A stretch of DNA of 64,000 nucleotides from Eledone cirrhosa (Eukaryota): assembly GCA_964016885.1 (NCBI GenBank), contig OZ024743.1, positions 290,222,001 through 290,286,000 of the forward strand, given 5' to 3'. A program made the position numbers and the translations under genes. This document shows positions 1 to 11,420 of the stretch, piece by piece; the first letter of the stretch is position 1, and every line of letters begins with the position of its first letter. A model generated the notes under the pieces. It did not search any database, had not been told where the DNA came from, and was given only the letters and a program-made list of their open reading frames with translations.

Positions 1-320
1 TTTCAAGGACACTAAGTCAAATTATGGTGCGCTTTCATCAGATAAAATATAATATAGATCTGTTTTATAAATAAATATTGACATACCCCCCTTAAAGAAT
101 ACGACCATTTCTGTTGGAAGCTCCACTATCCGGGAGCTTCCAACAGAAATGGTCGCATTCTTTAAGGGTATGTCAATATTTATTTATAAAACTGATCTAT
201 ATTATATTTTATCTGATGAAAGCGCACCATAATTTGACATGGTGTCCTTGAAATATGTATAATGAAATAAATATGGTTTTATAAATATAGTTTCCATTTG
301 TTAATATATCGTATATATAT
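1..320. mobile_element. Fold-back element A (arms 1-124 / 133-253) carrying hammerhead motifs; probable non-coding PLE-terminus derivative, cut by the window start
   Basis: 1-124 is the near-perfect reverse complement of 133-253, centred on ggaagctcc-actatccg-ggagcttcc. Each arm contains CTGATGA...GAAA. The right side ends in (TA)n. Confidence 0.8.
205..269 (+). ncRNA. Type I hammerhead ribozyme motif
   Basis: Stem I tattttat/atgaaata, CTGATGA at 213-219, stem II aagcgcaccat/atggtgtcctt, GAAA at 250-253, minimal stem III tatgta, UA cleavage dinucleotide at 260-261. Confidence 0.75.
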
Positions 321-329
321 ATATAGCAA

Positions 330-795
330 GTCACCCAATGCAATCTATGCATGATCGGATCGTCGGCGACTAAACGACGAGCAACCCCTCCAAGCTTGTT
401 TGGTGAGGAGGGTGACTTTGGCAACTCTGGGAGTCTACGGCAATTCAATAAAGTATTCTTTATGGAGCGTGTGACTCTTAGACTTCCATAAGACATATCT
501 CCAGGAGAAGGTCACCCTGATACAAAACCTGAGAGTTTGTTTGCATCCAATGATGTAGACCAATTCTTCTTTTTGAGTAGATGCCTTCGATGTTCAGAGA
601 GTGGGATTGGTGCCTTGCAAAGCCTTTCCTCACTTAAAAAATCTTCAAGCCCAGGCATCACTTGACATACGACGTTTGTTGCGTTGCATGGCATTGCTGG
701 CCATAGGTGGGTCCCTAGAAGGACTAGGAAGCCACGTCCTTGATGCTCATTCTTAAGTACCAAGCGATGGCATTACTCGAAATCGAGTTGTAACT
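330..795 (+). mobile_element. RTE-type LINE 5'UTR-like non-coding repeat
   Basis: Blocks ccaggagaaggt...aaaacc, tcagagagtgggattgg and ctcactt-aaaaa are shared with 26300-26480. The ggagaagg motif resembles RTE 5'UTRs. Confidence 0.4.
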
Positions 796-877
796 ATCAT
801 ATATATATATATTATATATCATGTTTAATATAGAAATGGCTTCTACAGGTCAAGAACTCATTCATTCAAAAGAATCG

Positions 878-911
<34 letters not shown>

Positions 912-1061
912 CGGATGAAGTGACTTTTCCTAGTTCCTGAAATATATATGTCACTCTTCCTATATATATGTATATATATAGAGAGAGAATGTGTGTATGT
1001 GTGTATATATATATATATATATATGTCACTCTTCCTATATATATGTATATATAGAGAGAGA

Positions 1062-1370
1062 GAATGTGTGTATGTGTGTATATATATATAGTGAATATCA
1101 TTTCACACCTTTTATTGTTAAGATTTTTGATGTTCTATTAAGAGAACCGATTTTACTGAAAAAATCGAATAATGTACACCATTTTACCAGGGGGAAAAGA
1201 ATACTGGTCCACACACACACACACACACACACATATATACACAAACACATACACACGCGTACATCAACATACAAAGAGACTTATACACACATACACACAC
1301 ACACACACGCACTTCTCCGTATAAGACAAAAGCTGAAAAATATCTTTTGACCTTCGAATGACTCTGCTAT

Positions 1371-1401
<31 letters not shown>

Positions 1402-1505
1402 CACACACACACACGCACACACACACACACACTTATCTTAATTGCCATTTGACACACATCGCTGCTGGCCATTGTCGCAGCATCGAACACCTTACTACTA
1501 CTACT

Positions 1506-1538
<33 letters not shown>

Positions 1539-2063
1539 CAGACACACACACACATACACACACACACACACACATATTTGTTGTGAAAGAGTCATTTGTC
1601 AATCTTGGCGCAAAACCAATTTTTTATCCACATGACCTCTACCGACCAATCAAAATTGTTTTGACCAATAATTTTTGCTGGAGCCACTTTTTTAACATTT
1701 TAACATAAAAACAGTCTTGGCGCAAAATCAACTTTTTACATTCACATGACCTCTACCGACCAATCAAAATTGTTTTGACCACAAGCATTTTTGCAACACA
1801 AAAATAACGCTGGAGCCACTTTTTTAACATAAAAACAGGTAGAATTCCCAAAACTAATCAGATCAGAGCAAACAGCACGGACACTCTATCTCAAAATTAT
1901 TTTTGAAAAGAATTTAGAAATGCGCAACCGGTAAAAACTTAAAAACTTAAAATCACAACTGAATACTAACCCATACAAACACTAATACTCTTTTATTCCT
2001 AATTAAACCATTTTTCAACTGTGAACAATTTGTCAGCATTTTCTATTCCGTTTACCAATATAT
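1062..2063 (+). repeat. 5' pseudo-LTR of PLE1, with internal (CA)n and a tandem sub-repeat at ~1600-1840
   Basis: Nearly identical to 5882-6874, from gaatgtgtgtatg to ttccgtttaccaatata. Confidence 0.95.
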
Positions 2064-2125
2064 AATAACTTGTGTGTTACACCTCTATTCTTTTAACTAT
2101 CATATCCTCACACGAGATACAGAAA

Positions 2126-3428
2126 ATGCCAACATAAACGGATACAACCCTCATCAACTCAAATGAAGAGATCCTACAGGAACTCAAGAAAATCAACATA
2201 TCTTTGCTGGTCGACAAACTTGACTCCACAAATAAGGAAACCGCCACCGGATACAAACCCTCCGAAATAGGCGACAAACTCCAAAACCTTTGCGATACTA
2301 TCCAAACTATGTTCACTACTACCAACCCAGGAAAAACCAACGAAGAACCATGTGAGATTGATTCACACAAAATGAAAATTCGAACAATTCCAAAATGGAA
2401 CAAATCCCTCAGAGACAGAAAGTTCTCATTCTGGAAGATGATACAAAATCACAACAAAGCAGAGATATACGAAAAATGGCTTAACTCAACCCCTCTAACT
2501 CTCCCCCGTAAACTACAAATAAAGTCCATTCCAAATGAACCCGAACCTCAAAGACACCTTAGGGAAAGAATGGCATTGGAAAAAATGAAGACAGAAATTG
2601 AACTTCTTAAACTGAGGGCCCAGACAAATGAGGAAAAAATCAAAACCATCGATGAAGAGATCCTCCTGGAAATCAACAACAAAACTGAAGGCCCCAAGGT
2701 AGAGAAGCTCTCCAAATTATGGAAAGGGGACTGCAACAGAGAAGAACTGAAATCCCTTCAACGCTGGGAAAAAGTGCCGCTTGGTTCCTACACTATGAAT
2801 CGATTTTCTAACGGATTACACCTCCAATAACCCGTTCATAAAAATAGGAAAACCCATAACTGAACCGCACAACGACTTCTCAAACCCCCAAGCCTCAAAC
2901 AAACGAAGAAGGAAGCACCACACCGAAGATGAACTTCCCAACCTCGCTACCATAAGAAGGAACAAAAACCCAAGAAATCATCTCCCCCAGAATGACATTT
3001 ACAATTTTCCCCCTTCAAGGAGACACCATACCAAATCACTCAACTACTACGCGGATTCCTCATCGTCAAACATAGGGAAAAGATACCACCGCCATGATAG
3101 ATGCAACAACTTCCCCGCTTCAAGGGGACAGAAAGGTAATTACCATTTTCTCAACTCTCACTTCCACAATACATAACAAACCCACACCACACGATATAAC
3201 CAACAACGTAGGCCACTTATAACACCACAATACAACATGGCACATAGAAACACACACCCATACTCGCAGTACAGGAACACCCCATTCAATCTACAACCAC
3301 CAACCAGAACCACATTTTACAACAACAAGGAATATAACAAACACAGGAGACCACTTAACATCAGCAGACAACCCCTCTACCCCAACCATTTTTTAGACAC
3401 AGCACACAGATACAGGCAAACAAAATAA
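2126..3428 (+). pseudogene. Disrupted upstream ORF1 of PLE1 (coiled-coil-like N-half, basic low-complexity C-half)
   Basis: ATG at 2126 is in frame with ORF 2204-2830 after an early TAA. After frame disruption at ~2770-2810 the reading continues in the frame of ORF 3237-3428, with one TAA near 3174. Confidence 0.6.
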
Positions 3429-5713
3429 CACAAGACAGGGAGGAGAAACCGATAGTAATAAAAATTATCAATCTTACTAGTGCAGAACCAACACCCAACC
3501 TTATCAACTTACTCTCCAAAGGTCTTAAATTCACACCGACCCCACTACGTCCTAACTACTATGAAATGAAGGAAGACATCACAGACTTCTGTAGAAAGTT
3601 ACGACTTAGTGAACAACTATTCGACCAGTACAATGAGGATGAATCATTAGCCAGAAATAGAAGCAATTACACCCCTTCAAAAGGTAGAAATAAAATCCTG
3701 GACGAATTCTGTGAACACATCACAAACTTCCCTTACCAACACTTGCACAGACAAAAACACAAGCCAAACCTCAACAAGAAAGAATGGGAAGAATTAAATA
3801 GATTTAAAACCGACAGAACCATTACAATTAAAGAGGCTGATAAAGGGAGTACAGTAGTCCTAATGGAGACAGAATTCTATATCAACTTAGCGCTCTCCAC
3901 TTTGGAAAACGAAACATACTACGAAAAGGCTGAACACTACAATCAACAGAAAATTATGAGAAACCTAAAAACTCTAATCAACCAATACAAAGAAGGACTC
4001 ACTAACAAGGAATTCAGCTTCATCACAGACTTCACAAGTAAATCCAGCCTTTTCTACGGTATCCCTAAAGTACATAAAAGCGAATCAATCAGTAAGGTAT
4101 GCAAGGAAGCCACAGACATAGTCATCAATGTCCCCTCACCCAATGATCTCAAATTAAGACCTATAATAGCAGGCCCCGCTTGCGAAACGCAGCGTCTTAG
4201 CAACTTCATTGATACCCTTCTCAAACCCTTCCTCAAGCACATCAAAAGCTATATAAGGGACGACCTAGATATGCTCAATCACCTCCCTAATATGCCACTT
4301 TCTGAACAAACCCTACTAGTGACGTTCGATGTAGTCAACCTATACGCCAACATCCCCCACAACCTAGGAATAGAAGCTATCCAATTCTGGCTGGATAATT
4401 TCCACAATGAACTCCCACAACGCATCAAAAAAGAATTCGTGATAGAGGGACTCAAATTTATCTTGGAGAACAATTACTTCGTTTTCAATAACAAACCCTA
4501 CAGGCAGAAATCTGGTACCGCTATGGGAACGAAAACAGCCCCTACTTATGCCAACCTAGTCATGGGATACCTGGAAATCACCCTCTACACTAAAGTCCTA
4601 AACAAATTTGGAAACACCCTCCACTTACACATTGAAAGGAACTGGAAGCGATATCTAGATGACTGCTTCATCCTTTGGCACGAAAACATCGAAAAACTTA
4701 AAGATTTTCACACCCTTTTAAATGGGCTCAACACAAATATTAACTTCACGATGGAATATAGCCATCAACAACTCCCCTTCCTCGACATCCTCATTAAGAT
4801 CCATAACAAAAAAATAGAAACAGACATATACTACAAGCCCACAGACTCCAAGCAATACCTCCCCTTCAACTCTTGCCACCCTAGACACGTTAAAATTAAT
4901 ATTCCCTACAACTTAGCCAAGAGAATCTGTACTATAGTCTCCAATAAAAACATCTGCTACTTACGGCTACAAGAACTAAAGGACACACTCATAGGCAGGG
5001 ACTACCCTGTATCACTAATTGACAATGGAATCCAACGTGCCCTAAAACTCAGTACCCAGGACCTTAGACACCCTAAAGTAAATCAACCAAAACTAAAAGC
5101 TCTTCCATACATCTCCACACACAACCCCCTCAACAATGAGGCCTTTGACACCATCCTCCAGAACATCCCTGTATTGAAAAAGAACCATAGAATGAACCGA
5201 ATTCTACGAACACACGATATCATAAAGAGCAAAAGACAATCCAAGTCAATGAAAAACATCTTAACACATGTCAAAGTACTGCCAACCACAACAACGAAAC
5301 CCACAGTAAAAAAATACGATAGACCCAAATGTGGCATTTGCATCAACCTAATAGAGGGTTCGGAATTCTATTTCAAAGATGGACAACGTTTTATAGTAAA
5401 ACACAATTTCACATGTGCATCGGAAAATCTAATATATGTATTAACTTGTTCAGGTTGTCGAGAACAATACATAGGCCAGACCAAAAACAGCCTCCGCCAA
5501 CGCATGACTGTCCATAGATCCCAAATTAAAATACGGGAATACAGGAAAATACCACTGAGTGAACACATTGATACCTGTGCCGCCCAAAATCATCCCAACT
5601 TCAGAATCTTTCCCCTCTACAAATTTAAAGATAATGCCACCCACACCCAGCGCATCAGCAAGGAATCTTACTTCATTAACAAATACGGACCCCGTCTAAA
5701 CACATCTCCCTAA
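3359..5713 (+). CDS. PLE reverse transcriptase + C-terminal GIY-YIG endonuclease (first ATG 3566; frame open from 3359)
   Basis: IINLT..LLSKGLKFTPTP lies upstream of the ATG. RT motifs ADKG, LRPII, FDVVNLY, GTAMG and RYLDD are present, followed by CGIC and NLIYVLTC..C..YIGQT..R..H. Confidence 0.93.
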   Translation, partial: HQQTTPLPQPFFRHSTQIQANKITQDREEKPIVIKIINLTSAEPTPNLINLLSKGLKFTPTPLRPNYYEMKEDITDFCRKLRLSEQLFDQYNEDESLARNRSNYTPSKGRNKILDEFCEHITNFPYQHLHRQKHKPNLNKKEWEELNRFKTDRTITIKEADKGSTVVLMETEFYINLALSTLENETYYEKAEHYNQQKIMRNLKTLINQYKEGLTNKEFSFITDFTSKSSLFYGIPKVHKSESISKVCKEATDIVINVPSPNDLKLRPIIAGPACETQRLSNFIDTLLKPFLKHIKSYIRDDLDMLNHLPNMPLSEQTLLVTFDVVNLYANIPHNLGIEAIQFWLDNFHNELPQRIKKEFVIEGLKFILENNYFVFNNKPYRQKSGTAMGTKTAPTYANLVMGYLEITLYTKVLNKFGNTLHLHIERNWKRYLDDCFILWHENIEKLKDFHTLLNGLNTNINFTMEYSHQQLPFLDILIKIHNKKIETDIYYKPTDSKQYLPFNSCHPRHVKINIPYNLAKRICTIVSNKNICYLRLQELKDTLIGRDYPVSLIDNGIQRALKLSTQDLRHPKVNQPKLKALPYISTHNPLNNEAFDTILQNIPVLKKNHRMNRILRTHDIIKSKRQSKSMKNILTHVKVLPTTTTKPTVKKYDRPKCGICINLIEGSEFYFKDGQRFIVKHNFTCASENLIYVLTCSGCREQYIGQTKNSLRQRMTVHRSQIKIREYRKIPLSEHIDTCAAQNHPNFRIFPLYKFKDNATHTQRISKESYFINKYGPRLNTSP

Positions 5714-5881
5714 GACGAACCCACAACATACACACGTCAACATACATACCTACATCAGCACACATCTCTACCCACATATAAACACAATGACACACGTAAA
5801 CACACATGCTCTATGGTGCAATACAAAAAAATATATGTGCACATATATGTATGTATATATGTATATATATATATATGTAGT

Positions 5882-6188
5882 GAATGTGTGTATGTGTGTA
5901 TATATGTATAGTGAATATCATTTCACACCTTTTATTGTTAAGATTTTTGATGTTCTATTAAGAGAACCGATTTTACTGAAAAAATCGAATAATGTACACC
6001 ATTTTACCAGGGGGAAAAAATACTGGTCCACCCACACAAACACACACACACACATATATACACAAACACATACACACGCGTACATCAACATACAAATAGA
6101 CTTATACACACACACACACACACACACACGCACTTTTCCGTATAAGACAAAAGCTGAAAAATAGCTTTTGACCTTCGAATGACTCTGC

Positions 6189-6237
<49 letters not shown>

Positions 6238-6865
6238 ATCTTAATAACCATTTGACACACATCGCTGCTGGCCATTGTCGCAGCATCGAACACCTTACTA
6301 CTACTACTACACACACACACACACATACACACACACACACACACAGACACACACACACATACACACACACACACACATATTTGTTGTGAAAGAGTCATTT
6401 CTCAATCTTGGCGCAAAACCAATTTTTTATCCACATGACCTCTACCGACCAATCAAAATTGTTTTGACCAATAATTTTTGCTGGAGCCACTTTTTTAACA
6501 TTTTAACATAAAAACAGTCTTGGCGCAAAATCAACTTTTTACATTCACATGACCTCTACCGACCAATCAAAATTGTTTTGACCACAAGCATTTTTGCAAC
6601 ACAAAAATAACGCTGGAGCCACTTTTTTAACATAAAAACAGGTAGAATTCCCAAAACTAATCAGATCAGAGCAAACAGCACGGACACTCTATCTCAAAAT
6701 TATTTTTGAAAAGCATTTAGAAATGCGCAACCGGTAAAAACTTAAAAACTTAAAAACTTAAAACAACAACTGAATACTAACCCATACAATCACTAATACT
6801 CTTTTATTCCTAATTAAACCATTTTTCAACTGTGAACAATTTGTCAGCATTTTCTATTCCGTTTA

Positions 6866-6874
<9 letters not shown>
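5882..6874 (+). repeat. 3' pseudo-LTR of PLE1
   Basis: Direct copy of 1062-2063, ending in (TA)n. Confidence 0.95.
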
Positions 6875-6904
<30 letters not shown>

Positions 6905-7239
6905 TGTGTAGTTATGTATGTGTATGTCTGTGTGCTTGCGTATATTCCCATCTTACACTATAACAAGTTGTTTCTTTGTAAGAAATAACGATGAGTGCTT
7001 ACACCAGTAGTCAAATGCTTTCTTAACACCTTTACAACTGGTTCTATTGAAATGTGCATTAAATCAAATCACTACGCGGAAATAAATATGTCCGTTGATC
7101 ATTATAAAAGGTTTCTTTGTTATTGATCTATATTCATGAAGTGCGACTTATGTAAATATTCTCAGCATGGTGTGACGTACTTGTTCTTAATATAGAATAC
7201 ACTGAATACTGATGTTCTGTTTAAGCCCATATATGTGCA

Positions 7240-7290
7240 CCCAACCCTCACACATATACACACACACGCACACACATACTCACACACATA

Positions 7291-7334
<44 letters not shown>

Positions 7335-7630
7335 CTCACGCACACATATATATATTTATATATTTATATATATATATAAATATATACTATATATATATAT
7401 ATATATATACTATATATATATATATAGTATATATATATAGTATATATATATATATATATATACTATATATATATATATATATACTATATATATATATATA
7501 AATATATACTATATATATATATATATATATACTATATATATATATATAGTATATATATATATATATATATATATACTATATATATATATATAGTATAACT
7601 ATATATATATATATATATATATAGTTATAC
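7240..7630. repeat. Compound (CA)n/(CT)n/(TA)n microsatellite; representative of dozens of TA, CA/GT, GA and TAA tracts in the window
   Basis: Seen directly. Similar tracts at 10775-10845, 13360-13510, 15880-15990, 31845-32135, 34565-34745 and 43068-43175. Confidence 0.97.
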
Positions 7631-7790
7631 TAGAAGAGGAAGACCAAGGTTAACATATGTTGATGCCCTAAGGACAGACACTGGTCTGTTGGAGATGCAG
7701 GATATGACAGCGATAATGTGGGACAGAGACCGCTGGAGAGAACTCGTCCATGGATCTCGGGAATTTTACCCGCCTTAGATAGATAGATAG
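7630..7790 (+). mobile_element. 3' terminal fragment of an RTE/RTEX-group LINE with (TAGA)n tail
   Basis: Translates RRGRPRLTYVDALRTDTGL...DRDRWRELVHGSREFYPP*. Homologous to 35135-35305 (-) and 39738-39882 (+). Confidence 0.75.
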
Positions 7791-7855
7791 TTATACTTGG
7801 GGAGGGTCATATTTGTGTAATATTGCCAGAATTAATAAAAAAAAACCTCGCAAAA

Positions 7856-7901
<46 letters not shown>

Positions 7902-7989
7902 TGGGTAACTTGTAGTTACTAGCGGCGACGCTGGTCGAAGCACTTGATGATGTTACTGTGTCCGTTCCTCTCCTATCCCTGTATAATTG

Positions 7990-8460
7990 AAGGACATAAG
8001 AAAACATACTCAATAATGAAGTAGAGTTCAAATATTCATTTAAGTGTTGAGCATTGTTTCTCTAAAATGTCCTCTACATACTAGCAGTATCATCAGAAAA
8101 GACTAAAGTTTCAATAACAGGGATAATATAAATATTGGAGGACTCAATGATGTGGGATGATAGGTGGATAGGTGTTTTTTTTTTAGAATATGTATGACTG
8201 GAGGAAAAGAAGTGAGTTCTGAATAGTGAAAGGCAAAGAAAAATTAAACTCTAGGAGAAATAAGGAATGTCCGGACAGGGTACTTGTGATGATGATATTG
8301 GTAATCAGGTTGATGATAAGAGCTAGTAAAACGGGAGAAGTTTAGACTGATGATGATGATGTTAATGGTGGTGATTACGATAGTAAGTGAGATGGAAAAT
8401 AACTTCGGTAGGCAGTTGAGTATTTATTAGCTTGTTGGGATGAATAAAATATTTACTAAA
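7990..8460 (-). mobile_element. Highly decayed PLE-like fragment
   Basis: Minus-strand translation gives patchy PLE thumb-region-like text; no intact motif. Confidence 0.3.
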
Positions 8461-8529
8461 ACAAATTTACTAAAATATAGAATTGACTGAGAAAACAGGA
8501 ATTAATACAGAAACTGTTGTCGACGTGTT

Positions 8530-9010
8530 CGGAATGTACCCACATTGATGCCGCTCGAGAGCAGATCGGTTCACCCGGCATTTTGCTCTCAACGACATAA
8601 TGAGAAGGATCTTCAATGCAGCCGGCCTCCAATGACATCTGATGCCTCGAGTTCTCGACCGCAGCGACCGCAAGCGCCCCGACGGAATTACCATCCTCCC
8701 ATTCAAAGGTGGTAAATACCTTATCTCTGACTGGACATGATATGGCACGTTCACCGCTCCCAACAAAGTCGCTTCGGCCACAAACACCGGTACTGCGATC
8801 CGCAACGCAGACGACAAGAAGAAAAGCAAACACCTGGGTTTCCCGGCCGCTAGCACTTTGTACCAGTCACTATCGTGACCTCAGGTGACATCAGACCAAG
8901 TACAGACTAGCTCCTAAATAAAATAGGAACGACAGCAAGCAGCCTGTCTGGGGAAGACGCTCCTCAAGGTGAGGTGGCTGCTGCAAAGGGTGCCGCTGTG
9001 CATTGAAATA
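8530..9010 (+). mobile_element. CRE-type non-LTR retrotransposon 3' remnant (RLE endonuclease)
   Basis: Translates LNDIMRRIFNAAG...DRKRPDGITILPFKGGKYLISDWT...ADDKKKSKH...FVPVT, a PD-(D/E)xK RLE pattern interrupted by stops. Confidence 0.7.
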
Positions 9011-10770
9011 GCTTTACAACTCTTCCGTGAGTCGCAGCCGGAACCCCACCCCGACGTAGTTGTAAGGTCTATCACCCTCTCCCCTTGTCCTTATCATTCT
9101 TCCGTTGCCTAATAATGCTTCTCTTCCCATCTTTTTTCTTTCATGTATGGAATTTATAGTCTCTAAGCTTTCCTTTTCTATACAGCCATATCTGGTCTGT
9201 TTAAGGCGATCTCTTTTGTGACCCATTTTTTCACTTCTTGCATTTTTTTTTATCCCAGGTGACTGGGTTTTTATTTTGTGTCGCACCTTTGTACTGTCCT
9301 ATACCATTTGGCTTTTTTGTGTTGGGTGTTCTGTGGCTTTCTCAGAGGGGAACTGAGGAGGTCACAGTGTGTGATCATGAAAGAGATTTGACAATATATA
9401 AACAACATTCCGGTTATCAAACAAGCCAACCAACTGGAAACTTATAATAAATTGAAGTGAAAAATACAGGTGCGTGTGTTTTCATTGGCAGCATGACCCT
9501 CCCAAAGTATAAGAATATCTGTTTCAAAACACGTTTTAAGATAAGAAATCTTGCAAAACCGATTAAAAACCCAATATAAATGTGTGTGTGTGTGTGTGCG
9601 TGCGTGCGTGTTTGTGTGTGTGTGTGCGTTATCCCTTTACCTCTAGGCTTTATCCGCATATATTACCTTTTTGTATCAGCTAATTCCTTCACTTATCTCC
9701 TGTTTATCTCAGATCCTATTCTCAATAATAACTATAGAGAATAAACATAAATTTACCACCACTTAATATAACTACAATATCTTCCTTACTAATATTTCGT
9801 TCATTTAATTAATATATATGTAGGCAGTTGTAAATTGAGACTTTTAAAATATTATATAGAAAACAAATTGTATATAAAATTAAATAATTAAATATTAAAA
9901 TAAATAGCATTGTATAAGAATTCACTTATAATATAATATATTGTATATTAACACAAATAATTTAACTAATTGGAGTTATAAACAACTAACACCAAATTAT
10001 ATATTTTTCTATTATACACAAATTAATATTCAATTACCCCCCCCCCCCCCTTTCCCATTAGCTCACTTTAGTGAAGATCTCTAATCACTTCCTGAAATTA
10101 AACCGCTAGATAGATCACTCAAGAACAACTCTAACCCTTAATAAGATGATAATAAGGACTATAAACAATCCATAGGTGTATCTACTGATACACATTTCCT
10201 AAAATATAACCAATGTACTGGAAAGACAAGCCTTGATATTGATACTCACAACACATCTACATGTGAACATTATCAGAACAATTATCACATTACATCCACC
10301 ATAAACTCACATAGAAACTGCTTTTCCTCACTGCTTATTATACTATTATACCTATAGTATGTGATATCTCTGCCAATATTGTGTTATATTATGCTTAATA
10401 ACATTGCTTGTTCTTTTACCTTATTATCCTGTACATGCCTAATACCTCTGCACTCTTTCTATATGTATGCCTATGTACCACTAATGTCCTGATTTTGCGA
10501 GTAACTTTCTTTCATAATTCCTCTATAATTGTTTTATAATTCTTTTATAATCTTTGTCACACCCACTGATACTGACGACATCATCTTCACTCTTTAAATA
10601 TGACACTATTGATAACTACATTAAGATCTACATATCTTTACGATTGTTCTCTGGAATAGGAGGTTAATTATATGATTAAATTTTGCCAATGCTCCGATGA
10701 TTCCAAACAAATGTTTGGAAGAAACGATTGTCAGCAATAAAATGTTTTGAACATAGTTTTGATTATTCTG

Positions 10771-10851
<81 letters not shown>

Positions 10852-11254
10852 TATACACGAGATTGTTAATCTGTTAATGTGATAATATAATGATACAATA
10901 TTTGATGCGTTGACATCGCCTGAAGTGCTATTTTCACGTTTAGTTACAACGTATTTAGTCAATCTATTAATCACGGTTGTAATTAGATTTCCCATTTAAT
11001 GGTACAGATTGAATTTACATATTTTTCTAGATTCAAACAGAGTGAAATGGAAATTCACTATCAGTATTGATATCAGAAACACTGATACAACACCTATCAC
11101 TAGATTAATCACTGTTACAATGCCAGTGTGAAAGGAACAAATATACATACCTACTTATTGTTGTTGATGTTGTTTTTCTTCATATTTCACTTCTTCTTCA
11201 TCTCTCCTTCTTCTTCCTCCTCCCTTCTTCTTCTTCTGCTGCTTTTTCTTCTCC

Positions 11255-11420
11255 ACTAACATATTCCGTGGAGATTCATGGGTGCCGATTCCTCAAAGCT
11301 TCATCCAACGTGTCCTGGCAGAAGCACCTGCCTCCACTCGATCGTGTTGAATGCCCAAGCCAGGCCAGCTAAGCTCATAGATGTTATCCAACTATTTCCC
11401 CCAGAGTCTAATACTGGTTC
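11255..11420 (-). mobile_element. Decayed LINE 3' end (RTE-like) with GAA-rich tail
   Basis: Minus-strand text SARTRWMKL resembles RTE C-termini, and a (CTT)n-rich tract lies at 11190-11250. Confidence 0.3.

Larger units (their letters stand above)
1062..6874 (+). mobile_element. Penelope-like retroelement 1 (Neptune-like) with ~1 kb direct pseudo-LTRs
   Basis: Open RT + GIY-YIG ORF with a CxxC linker, flanked by direct repeats 1062-2063 and 5882-6874, and embedded in (TA)n. Confidence 0.92.

Noticed and set aside
1600-1840. CRISPR-like repeat array
   Set aside because: Just two tandem sub-repeats inside a eukaryotic pseudo-LTR; no unique spacers or cas genes.
1062-6874. True LTR retrotransposon
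   Set aside because: No TG...CA ends, PBS, protease or integrase; the RT-GIY-YIG ORF identifies a PLE.
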